Shown here piece by piece: positions 48,926-59,974 of a stretch of DNA of 64,000 nucleotides. The stretch covers positions 4,216,001 to 4,280,000 of the forward strand of contig NC_135808.1 of assembly GCF_964213995.1 (NCBI RefSeq), written 5' to 3'. Numbering within the stretch: position 1 is the first letter of the stretch; every line of letters begins with the position of its first letter. The notes beneath the pieces are model-generated. The model had not been told where the DNA came from. It was given only the letters and a program-made list of their open reading frames with translations, and ran no database searches. The position numbers were made by a program, and so were the translations under genes. This DNA is from Mustelus asterias (lineage: Eukaryota).

Positions 48926-49719
48926 CTACAATCAGGAGAGTTGTCAGTCAGTCAGGAGAAGAGGAAAGATCGGGAGTGATGCCCCACACTCTCCAGTCTG
49001 AGGTGAGGTCAGCCCCTTTGCAGATTTGGTGTCGCATTTGATTTCGAGTTGACCTTCGACCTCATGTTTGAGCCATCACTAAGACTGCCTATTTCCATCT
49101 CCGTGACAAGGCCCAACTTCATCCCTCATCTGCTCCTGAAACAACCATCCGTGCCTCCATTACCTCAACATTCACTGTCCCAACTCATCCCTGCCGGCTC
49201 TCCGAAATGCACCATAGAAAGCACCCTTTCCGGATGTATCACAGCTTGGTATTGGCTCCTGCTCTGCCCAAGACCGCAACAAAATACAAAAGGTCGTGAA
49301 TGTAGCCCAATCCATCGCCCAAACCAGCCTCCCATCCATTGTCTCTGTCTACACTTCCCGCTGCCTCGGGGAAAAGCAGCCAGTATAATTAAGGACCCCA
49401 CGCACCCCGGACATTCTCTCTTCCACCTTCTTCCATCAGGAAAAAGATACAAAAGTCTGAGGTCACGGACCAACCGACTCAAGAACAGCTCCTTCCCTGC
49501 TGCCATCAGACTTTTGAATGGACTTACCTTGCATTAAATTGATCTTTCTCTACACCCTAGCTTTGACTGTAACACTACATTCTGCACTCTCTTGTTTCCT
49601 TCTCTATGAACAGCATGCTTTGTCTGTATAGCACGCAAGAACATTATTTTTCACTGTATGCTAGAACATGTGACAATAATAAATCAAATCAAAAACTCGA
49701 GGTCATCACAAACCCTTGA

Positions 49720-52700
49720 CTGGCGATGAGTCCCGTTCCCGCTCACTCTCTCTGCTCACTGCCCTACACTGGCGATGAGTCCCGTTCCCGCTCACTCTCT
49801 CTGCTCACTGCCCTACACTGGCGACGACTCCCGTTCCCCGTTCACTATCTCTGCTCACTGCCCTACACTGGCGACGAGTCCAGTTCCCCGTTCACTATCT
49901 CTGCTCACTGCCTACACTGGTGACGAGTCCAGTTCCCCGCTCACTCTCTCTGCTCACTGCCCCACACTGGCGGCGAGTCCTATTCCCCGCTCACTCTCTC
50001 TGCTCACTGCCCTACATTGGTGATGAGTCCAGTTCCCCATTCACTCTCTCTGCTCACTGCCCTACACTGGCGACGAGTCCAGTTCCCCGTTCACTATCTC
50101 TGCTCACTGCCTACACTGGTGACGAGTCCAGTTCCCCGCTCACTCTCTCTGCTCACTGCCCCACACTGGCGGCGAGTCCTATTCCCCGCTCACTCTCTCT
50201 GCTCACTGCCCTACACTGGTGATGAGTCCAGTTCCCCATTCACTCTCTCTGCTCACTGCCCTACACTGGCGACGACTCCCGTTCCCCGCTCACTCTCTCT
50301 GCTCACTGCCTACACTGGTGATGAGTCCAGTTCCCCATTCACTCTCTCTGCTCACTGCCCTACACTGGCGACGACTCCCGTTCCCCGCTCACTCTCTCTG
50401 CTCACTGCCCTACACTGGCGACGACTCCCGTTCCCCGTTCACTGTCTCTGCTCACTGGCCTACACTGGCGACGACTCCTGTTCCCCGCTCACTCTCTGTG
50501 CTCACTGCCCTACACTGGCGACGAGTCCCGTTCCCCGTTCACTGTCTCTGCTCACTGGCCTACACTGGTGATGAGTCCAGTTCCCCGTTCACTCTCTCTG
50601 CTCACTGCCCTACACTGGCGACGACTCCCGTTCCCCGCTCACTCTCTCTGCTCACTGCCCTACACTGGCGACGAGTCCTATTCCCCGCTCACTCTCTCTG
50701 CTCACTGCCCTACACTGGCGACGAGTCCCGTTCCCCGTTCACTATCTCTGCTCACTGCCCTACACTGGCGACGAGTCCTATTCCCCGCTCACTCTCTGTG
50801 CTCACTGCCCTACACTGGTGACGACTCCCGTTCCCCGTTCACTGTCTCTGCTCACTGGCCTACACTGGCGACAAGTCCTATTCCCTGCTCACTCTCTCTG
50901 CTCACTGCCCTACACTGGCGACGAGTCCTCTTCTCCGCTCACTCTCTCTGCTCACTGCCCTACACTGGCGACGAGTCCTATTCCCCGCTCACTCTCTCTG
51001 CTCACTGCCCTATTCTGGCAGCGAGTCCCATTCCCCACTCACTCTCTCTGCTCACTGCCCTACACTGGCGACGACTCCTGTTCCCCGTTCACTATCTCTG
51101 CTCACTGCCCTACACTGGCGATGAGTCCTATTCCCCGCTCACTCTCTCTGCTCACTGCCCTACACTGGCGACGAGTCCTGTTCCCCACTCACTCTCTCTG
51201 CTCACTGCCCTACACTGGCGGTGCATCCCGTTACCGCTCACTCTCTCTGCTCACTGCCCTACACTGGCGACGAGTCCCGTTCCCCGCTCACTCTCTCTGC
51301 TCACTGCCCTACACTGGCGACGAGTCCCTTTCACGCTCACTCTCTCTGCTCACTGCCCTCCACTGGCGATGAGTCCCGTAACTCACTCTCTCTCTGCTCA
51401 CTGCCCGACACTGGCGACAAGTGCCGTTCCCCGCTCACTCTCTCTGCTCACTGCCCGACACTGGCGACGAGTGCCGTTCCCCGCACACACTCTCTGCTCT
51501 AAACTGGAGGCGAGTCCTGTTCCCGCTCACTCTCTCTGCTCACTGTCCTACACTGGCGACGAGTGCCGTTCCCCGCACACTATCTCTGCTCACTGCTCTA
51601 AACTGGAGGCGAGAGCCGTTCCCACTCTCTCTGCTCACCGCCCGACACTGGCGGTGAGTGCCGTTCCCCGCACACTCTCTCTGCTCACTGCCCTACACTG
51701 GCGGCAAGTGCTGTTCCCTGCACACTTTCTCTGCTCACTGCCCGACACTGGCGACGAGTCCCCTTCCCCGCTCGGTCTCTCTGCTCATTGCCCTACTCTG
51801 GCGACAAGTCCCGTTCCTGCTCACTCTCTGTGCTCACTCCCCTGCACTGGCGGTGAGTCCCATTCCGTACTCACTCTCTGTGCTCACTGCCCTACACTGG
51901 TGACAAGTCCCATTTCCACTCACTCTCTGTGCTCCCTGCCCTACACTGGCGACGAGTCCAGTTCCCCATTCACTCTCTGTGCTCACTGCCCTACACTGGC
52001 AGCGCGTCCCGTTCCTGCTCACTCTCACTGCCCTACATTGGCGACGAGTCCCGTTCCCGCTCACTCTCTCTGCTCACTGCCCTACACTGGCGATGAGTCC
52101 CGTTCCCGCTCACTCTCTCTGCTCACCGCCCTACAGTGGCAGTGAGTGCTGTTCCGCGCTCACTCTCAATGCTCGCTGCCCTACACAGGCGACGAATCCC
52201 GTTCCCACTCACTCCCATTTCTGGCTCATTCTCTCTGCTCACTGCCCTACACTGGTGACGAGGCCCATTCCCTGCTCACTCTCTGTGCTCACTGCCCTAC
52301 AGTGGCAGTGAGTGCTGTTCCGCGCTCACTCTCAATGCTCGCTGCCCTACACAGGCGACGAATCCCATTCCCACTCACTCCCGTTCCCCGCTCATTCTCT
52401 CTGCTCACTCCCCTGCACTGGCAGTGAGTCCCATTCCGCACTCACTCTCTGTGCTCACTGCCCTCCACTGGCGACGAGTCCCATTCCCCGCTCACTATAT
52501 GTTCTCTGCCCTACACTGTCTATGAGTCCCTTTCCGCGCTCACTCTCTGAGCCCACTGCCCTACACTGGCAACGAGTCCCATTCCCGCTCACGCGATCTG
52601 CTCACTGCCCTACACTGGCGACAAGTCCCCTTCCCCGCTCGGTCTCACTGCTCACTGCCCCACACTGGCGGCGCGTCCCGTTCCCGCTCACTCTCTCTGC

Positions 52701-53210
52701 TCACTGCCCTACACTGGCGACGAGTCCCGTTCCACGCACACTCTCTCTGCTCACTGCCCTACACTGGCAACGAGTCCCATTCCCCGCTCACACTCTGTGT
52801 CACTGCCCTGCACTGGCGACGGGTTCCTTTCCCACTCGCTCTCTGTGCTCCCTGCCCTACACTGGTGACGAGTCCCATTCCCCGCACACTCTCTTTGCTC
52901 ACTGCCCTACACTAACGCCGAGTCCCGTTCCCCACTCACTCTCTCTGCTCACTATCCTACACTGGCGACGAGTCCATTCCCGCTCACTCTCTCTGCTTAC
53001 TGCCCTACACTGGCGATGATTCCCGTGCCCCGCTCCCTCTCTCTGCTCACTGCCCTGTGCTGGTGATGAGTCCCGTTGCCCGCTCACTCTCTGCTCGCTG
53101 CCCTACACTGGCGACGAGTCCTGTTACCCGCTCACTCTCTCTGCTCACTGCCCTACACTGGCGACGAGTCCTGTTACCCGCTCACTCTCTGCTCACTGAC
53201 CTGCACTGGT
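49720..53210. repeat. About 50-bp minisatellite (gagtcccgttccccgctcactctctctgctcactgccctacactggcgac), about 70 units
   Basis: Tandem period of 48-50 with increasing divergence rightwards. Confidence 0.97.
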
Positions 53211-53264
53211 TCCCGATCAATTGAGGTCCTGATTTGAAAACTCTCACCCCTCCGTGGCTGGTCA

Positions 53265-54030
53265 CCCCCCTCCCCATCTCCATAACCTCCTCCATCTCAC
53301 CCCCTCCCCACCCTCATAACCTCCTCCATCTCACCCCCTCCCCACCCTCATAACCTCCTCCATCTCACCCCCTCCCCATCCCCATAACCTCCTCCATCTC
53401 ACCCCCTCCCCACCCTCATAACATCCTACATCTCACCCCCTCCCCATAACCTCCTCCATCTCACAACCCCTCCCCATCTCCGTAACCTCCTCCATCTCAC
53501 CCCCTCCCCATCCCCATAACCTCCTCCATCTCACAACCCCTCCCCATCTCCGTAACCTCCTCCATCTCACCCATTCCCCATCCCCATAACCTCCTCCATC
53601 TCACCCATTCCCCATCCCCATAACCTCCTCCATCTCACCCATTCCCCATCCCCATAACCTCCTCCATCTCACCCATTCCCCATCCCCATAACCTCCTCCA
53701 TCTCACCCATTCCCCATCCCCATAACCTCCTCCATCTCACCCATTCCCCATCCCCATAACCTCCTCCATCTCACCCCCTCCCCATAACCTCCTCCATCTC
53801 ACCCCCTCCCCATCCCCATAACCTCCTCCATCTCACAACCCCTCCCCATCTCCGTAACCACCTCCATCTCACCCATTCCCCATCACCTCCTCCATCTCAC
53901 CCCCTCCCCATCTCCGTAACCTCCTCCATCTCAACCCCTCCCCATAACCTCCTCCATCTCACCCATTCCCCATCTCCGTAACCACCTCCATCCCACCCCC
54001 TCCCCATAACCTCCTCCATCTCACCCCCTC
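53265..54030. repeat. About 32-bp C-rich minisatellite (ccccataacctcctccatctcacccattcccc)
   Basis: Tandem units. Confidence 0.93.
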
Positions 54031-54307
54031 TCCTATTAATTTGCTCCACTTGAAAGTCTCTGATTTTAATCGCTCCACCATTGGCGGTTGTGCAGCAGTC
54101 AGAATCCGAAGGGCAGACTGCACAGAAACAGGCCATTCGGCCCAACCAGCCCATGCTGGTGTTTGGGTTCCATTCACATCTCCATCATCCCCCAGCTAAC
54201 TCAGTCACTGTCACCCACAATGCCCTTCTCTCTTATCTATGAGTCCCTTTCCGCGCTCACTCTCTGAGCCCACTGCCCGACACTGGCAACGAGTCCCATT
54301 CCCGCTC

Positions 54308-55140
54308 GGGGGGGGGGACGGAGAGTGATCGGGGGGGGGGGGCGGAGAGTGATCGGGGGGGGCGGAGAGTGATCGGGGGGGGCGGAGAGTGATCGGGGGG
54401 GGCAGAGAGTGATCGGGGGGGGCGGAGAGTGATCGGGGGGGGCGGAGAGCGATCGGGGGGGGCGGAGAGCGATCGGGGGGGGCGGAGAGTGATCGGGGGG
54501 GGCGGAGAGTGATCGGGGGGGGCGGAGAGTGATCGGGGGGGGGCGGAGAGTGATCGGGGGGGGCGGAGAGTGATCGGGGGGGGGGCGGAGAGTGATCGGG
54601 GGGGGGCGGAGAGTGATCGGGGGGGGGCGGAGAGTGATCGGGGGGGGCGGAGAGTGATCGGGGGGGCGGAGAGTGATCGGGGGGGACGGAGAGTGATCGG
54701 GGGGGGCGGAGAGTGATCGGGGGGGGGCGGAGAGTGATCGGGGGGGACGGAGAGTGATCGGGGGGGACGGAGAGTGATCGGGGGGGACGGAGAGTGATCG
54801 GGGGGGGCGGAGAGTGATCGGGGGGGGCGGAGAGTGATCGGGGGGACGGAGAGTGATCGGGGGGACGGAGAGTGATCGGGGGGACGGAGAGTGATCGGGA
54901 AGGGGAGTGATTGGGGGGGACGGAGAGTGATCGGGGGGACGGAGAGTGATCGGGGGGACGGAGAGTGATCGGGAAGGGGAGTGATCGGGGGGGACGGAGA
55001 GTGATCGGGGGGGACGGAGAGTGATCGGGGGGGACGGAGAGTGATCGGGGGGGACGGAGAGTGATCGGGGGGGGGGGGGGGGGGGAGAGTGATCGGGGGG
55101 ACGGAGAGTGATCGGGGGGACGGAGAGTGATCGGGAAGGG
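54308..55140. repeat. About 20-bp G-rich minisatellite (ggcggagagtgatcgggggg)
   Basis: Tandem units with a variable G-run. Confidence 0.95.
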
Positions 55141-55356
55141 GAGTGAATGGTGAGTTAAGGGCAGAGTGACTGACAGTGAGGGGAACTGAGGGGAGAGGAT
55201 AGTGAGTTGAGGGCAGAGTGAGGGCAGTGAGGGGGGACGATGGTGAGTTGAGGGCAGTGAGGGGAGAGGATGGTGAGTTGAGGGCAGTGAGGGGAGAGGA
55301 TGGGGTGTGTGAGTGACAGGGAGGAGAGGAGCCCTCAGTGACTGCCGCTGACTTAC

Positions 55357-55713
55357 TGGCGACAGTCAGCTTCACGGACGTCTGCTCGATGGCACTCTTT
55401 TGCTCGACCATGCAGAGATATTCGCCTTCATCGTCCAGCCTCACATCCTTGACTTTGAGGGAGACATTGCCCTGGTTAAAGGCCGTCTCAAAGAACTCAG
55501 TCCTGTTCATGTAGGCCTCAGCCTGTTGCTTGTCCACACCCGACCCAAAGGTGTACTTGCGAATGGGGATGTGACGATCTAAATCACTGCGAACCCACTG
55601 CAACTCCATGCCCGCCACGGGCTTCTCTGGAATCAGCTGGCATTCCAACACTGCCACCCCACCAATCATGGCAATGACAGGGTCTTTGGGTCCCGTCACC
55701 TTGAACACGGTAT
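55357..55713 (-). CDS. BTN gene A IgV exon
   Basis: DTVFKVTGPKDPVIAMIGGVAVLECQL...MELQW...QAEAYMNRTEFF...GNVSLKVKDVRLDDEGEYLCMV; 357 nt; |gtaagt. Confidence 0.95.
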
Positions 55714-56164
55714 CTGGAACTGGACGAGAGGGAAATCGCCGGTGTTAAATCCATTCACTGAGAACAGCAATACAACAACATCCGCAAAGAAGCTGCATTA
55801 ATATAGCTCCACTCATGACCACAGGAAATCCCAAATAGCCAATCGTATGGACACTGTTATAATGAGGGAATGTGTCAGCCAATTGAGATGGACCAAGATC
55901 ACTGGGCTCCTCCAATCCGCTGCCTCTTCTCATTCCCCCCCCTCCCCCGATTTCCATCATTCCACCAATTAGCGGCCATGCCTTCCATTGGCGAGGCCGG
56001 AATTCCCCGGATTCCCCTTCCTAAACCTCTCCACCCTCTCTCTCCTTATTCAAACTGCTCCTTAAACCTTTCCTCTTTGTCTAGGATTTCCATTTCCCAT
56101 CTCTGTGTGGCACAGGGTCCAATTCCGATCGATGGGAATCGCAAGAAGGTGGGGAGGAGGAGGA

Positions 56165-57590
56165 GGAGGCCATTCAGCCCATCAACTCTGCTCTGCCATT
56201 CACTGAAATCATGACTCATAGAGGTTTACAGCGTGGAAACAGGCACTTCGGCCCAACTTATCCTCTTTTTAAACCACTAAGCTAATCCCAATTGCCCGCG
56301 CTTCGCCCACATCCCTCTATACCCATCTTACCCATGTTTTTTAAAAGACAAAATTGTACCCGCCTCCACTACCATCTCTCGCAGCTTGTTCCAGACACTC
56401 ACCACCCTCTGTGTGAAAAAATTTCTGATGCGAAAATCCTCAACTCCACTTACCTGCCTTAGCCACATAACCCTCGACTCCATAATTGATTAAAAATCGG
56501 ACTATCTCAGCTTTGAACATATGAGCCAGCTCTATAGCCCTCTGTGGTAAAGAATTCTTTAGATTCACTACGCCTGAGAGGAAATTTCTCCTCATCTCTG
56601 TCTTAAATGGGCAACCCCTGATTCTGAGAATATGCTGTTTGGTCCTGGACTCTCCCACAAGGGGAAACAACCTCTCAGTGTCTACACTGTCAACCCCCCT
56701 GAGAATCCGATATGTATCAATAAGGTCACCTCTCATTTTCCTAAACTCCAGTGAGTACAAGCTCAGCCCACTCAACCTCTTCTCCATACCCGGGTTCAAC
56801 CTAGCGAACCTTCTCTGGACTGCCTCCAAAGCCAGTATATCTTTCCTTGGGTAAGGGGACCAAAACTGTTCACAGTATTCCCTTCCTGCCCAAGATCCCC
56901 GTCTGGAATGGATTCCACTACATCCCAAATTCAGAGGATTTAAAGGTAGACAATAATCCCAGCGAAGGAGTTTCTCTTCTCATTGGGTATCTCAGTGTGT
57001 TTTACCCCATTAAACACGTGATGGTCAGCCATTTACTCCCGCCTCCACGTTGAAAGGTTGTGGGTTCAAATCCCCACTCCAAAGTCACGGGGGCATAAAT
57101 GTAGAGCAACACTCTGCGCACAGCACTGAGGGAGTGCTGCACTGTCAGGCGTGTAGCTTTCGGGTGGGATATTTGGGTGTCTGTCCTCTTGGTGTCACTC
57201 TGCTATTACTTCCGTGAAAAGTTCTCCCAGATCATCATTAATCCAACAAGCAATACAAAGAACAAAGAACAGTACAGCACAGGAACAGGCCCTTCGACCC
57301 ACCAAGCCTGCACCAATCACATTGTCCTATCTAGACCAACCGCCTGTATCCCTCTATTCCCCGCCTGTTCATGTCTCTATCCAGATAAGTCTTAAATGTC
57401 GCTAATGTGTCTGCCTCAATCACCTCACTTAGCAGTGCATTCCAGGCCCCCACCACCCTCGATGTAAAAAATCTTCCCCCCAGCACATCTCTACTGAACT
57501 GTCCCCCCTTACCTTGAACTTGTGCCCCCTTGTAATTGTCATTTCTGCCCTGGGAAAAAGCTTCCAACTGTTCACCTTATCTATACCTCG
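56165..57590 (-). mobile_element. Cluster of CR1 3' fragments and a Deu-type SINE remnant
   Basis: EYCEQFWSPY.RKDILALE, RGDLIDTY; several CR1 tails. Confidence 0.75.
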
Positions 57591-57818
57591 AAACAGATCA
57601 TCATGCCATCATCTCATGGCGGTTTGTGGGATCTTGCTGTGTGAGTATTGGCTGCCACATTTCCCAGATTGCAACAGTGACTCTGGAGTATTTCGGGCGT
57701 CCTAAGTTTTCCCAAGGCCTTTCAGTAAGTGAAAATTAGCAATGGAGGGAGATTCAAACAGTTCTAACGTTAGTTAGTTGTACCGAGGGACTTTGCACTC
57801 GGCCTAAGCTGTGAGCAG

Positions 57819-58580
57819 TGTCACATGTGTGAGACTTAATAAGACAATATTCTTTAAAATATTCATCCTTTAATACAAAATAAAATATTCATCTTTGAGA
57901 GGAAATTGTGACCTCCTCTAAAACAAGGCCGGAGACAAACCCACAGGACCTGGCTGCCATGGGGACATGGGGCCCAGATCAAAACTTCTCAAAAATAAGG
58001 TGCAAGTTTTAACGCCTAGACACAGAGTAGGAAACAGGTGTCCTTGCTACTGTACAGACGTACAGTCAGTCAGACAAAGAGCTTGGGAAAGAAGACTGAC
58101 AGCAGGTGCTGGAAAAAAAGGGGCTGTTTTGGTGTTAACTGCCAAGCAGAGTGCTGGTGAATTCAGAACCCCTGTTACAAGGGACCATGCATTCTGAAGG
58201 CTTGCAAGGAACTGCCAGAGAACACCTCACTACTGAAAGTGCATTTGATGATGGTCAGAGATTGAATGAAGGAGGGAACTCTGGAAGATTCACCCTGAGA
58301 GAAGAGATCCTGCTAAAGCTGGGAGGAGCTCGGAACTTAAAGGACAAGATATTTCTGCAAGATTGCAATGTAATGTATAAACGTGGCATGAAATATTTGG
58401 TTCTATTAAGAAGTTAATGGGAATACAATCTCTGTAGTTTAGTGTATTAGTTGCCTGCTCGGTAATTTTTAGTCAATGTTGATTTTAATGTGTTTGTTAT
58501 AGTAAAAGTCTTAAAATGTGAAATCTTGCTCTGTGATTCTTTGCCCAGGAAATTTGCTTCCCTCCACGGGGATTGTAACA
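57819..58580. mobile_element. Probable solo LTR
   Basis: TGTCACA...TGTAACA termini, flanks GCAG/GTAG (4-bp TSD with 1 mismatch), internal AGTAAA. Confidence 0.45.
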
Positions 58581-58670
58581 GTAGACAACTGTCCTGTTGA
58601 AAAGGCGGCCTCATGCGTACATCAATATTGAGTGAGGGGGCGGAGGTATCTCAGCAGTGCTGTCTCTCAC

Positions 58671-58740
58671 CTGTCAGTGCAGAATGGATCCTGAGGAGGA
58701 GAATCAGAGACAGGGCCCAGGGCCCAATCCTCCAGGACAT
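58671..58740 (-). CDS. BTN gene A signal-peptide exon (MSWRIGPWALSLILLLRIHSALT)
   Basis: aggATG, hydrophobic leader, G|gtgaga phase-1 donor in frame with IgV; acceptor tatctttcag| at 58775. Confidence 0.85.
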
Positions 58741-59693
58741 CCTCAGTGAAACCCCAAAGCCTGAACGTGCAGGCCCTGAAAGATAAGAGGCTTGCATTAG
58801 GGTTCGACATTAAACTTCTTTGCTCATGAAAGAAACAACTACAACAGCAACTTCTATCGATATAGCTCCTTTAACATAGAATCCATAGAACCCCTACAGT
58901 GCAGAGAGAGGCCATTTGGCCCATCAAGTCTGCGCTGACTCACTGAAAGAGCATCTTACCCAGGCTCTCTCCCCCACCCTATCCCCAAAACACATTTCCC
59001 ATGGTTAATCCCCCTAACCTACACTCTTTGGACAATAAGGGTCAATTTAGCATAGCTAATCCCCCTAACATCTTTGGAGCGCAGGAGGAAACTGGAGCGC
59101 CCGGAGGAAACCTGCGCAGACACAGGGAGAACGTGCAGACTCTGCACAGTCTTTCAAGCCGGGAATTGATCCAGAGTCCCTGGCGCTGTGAGGCAGTAGT
59201 GCTAACCAGTGTGCCACCACTGATTTTCACAAGCTCTTCACAAGAGGGTCAATTTAAACGGTGAAGTGTGACACCGAACCAAAGCTGGAGATATTAGATC
59301 AGATGTCCAAAGCCTTGGTCAAAGAGGGAGGTTTGAAGGAGCGTTCTAAAGGAGGGAAGATAGGTAGAGAGGCCCAGGGGTTTGGGGAGGGGGAGTTCCT
59401 GAGCTGAAGATAACTGTAGATAAGTCAAGCAATGATGGAGCGATTGAAGTCAGGGGATGCTCGAGAGGCCAGAATTCGAGGAGCGTAGAATCTCTGACAC
59501 TGCGTTCAGACGCTCTGGAACTAGAGATTACAGGGATGGGGGGGTGGGGCAAGGATCTGGATGGATTTGTAAACAAGGACAAGAGGTTTAAAATCTTATC
59601 TGGGAGTCAGGTGAGTGAGCTAATCGAATCTGTGGTCAATATAGCGCGAGGAACAACACTCCACATCAAGGAATCTTTCCCACTTCGACTTAC

Positions 59694-59830
59694 AACCACT
59701 CGCGTGTCAGGAGGATTCGGAGTTTGACATTCAACCTCGTTGTTCCGATCCCAGTTAGTGTCACGACTGAATGGAAAGATTTCAGAATGGAAGGCTTGTT
59801 CAAAGGTTCAGAACTTGTACTTTCTTATAG
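59694..59830 (-). promoter_or_regulatory. Putative non-coding first exon and TATA-like box of BTN gene A
   Basis: Donor |GTAAGT after 59694; CTATAAGAAA (minus) at 59830-59821 in unique sequence. Confidence 0.35.
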
Positions 59831-59974
59831 AAAATGTAGACGAACAGAGTCACAGCTAATTCATTTAACAAGAAAACAATATTTATCACACATGAAAAGT
59901 TGGATTATAATACAATACTTCTTTATTCCCCCTTAGGTTCACAAATGAATACACGTTTCAAAATTAACAAAGTC

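Larger units (their letters stand above)
31576..58740 (-). other. Butyrophilin-like gene A, complete CDS, 11 coding exons, 496 aa
   Basis: Exons 58740-58671, 55713-55357, 48925-48647, 45716-45597, 44134-44108, 41894-41868, 37135-37115, 35974-35954, 35080-35054, 34067-34041 and 32090-31576 sum to 1491 nt, all GT-AG, phase 1, no internal stop. Confidence 0.92.

Noticed and set aside
54257-55356. IgV fused to a long Pro-rich stalk (483-aa ORF)
   Set aside because: The IgV exon ends at a perfect A|GTAAGT donor and the tail is repeat read-through; an intron-retained form cannot be excluded but has no support.
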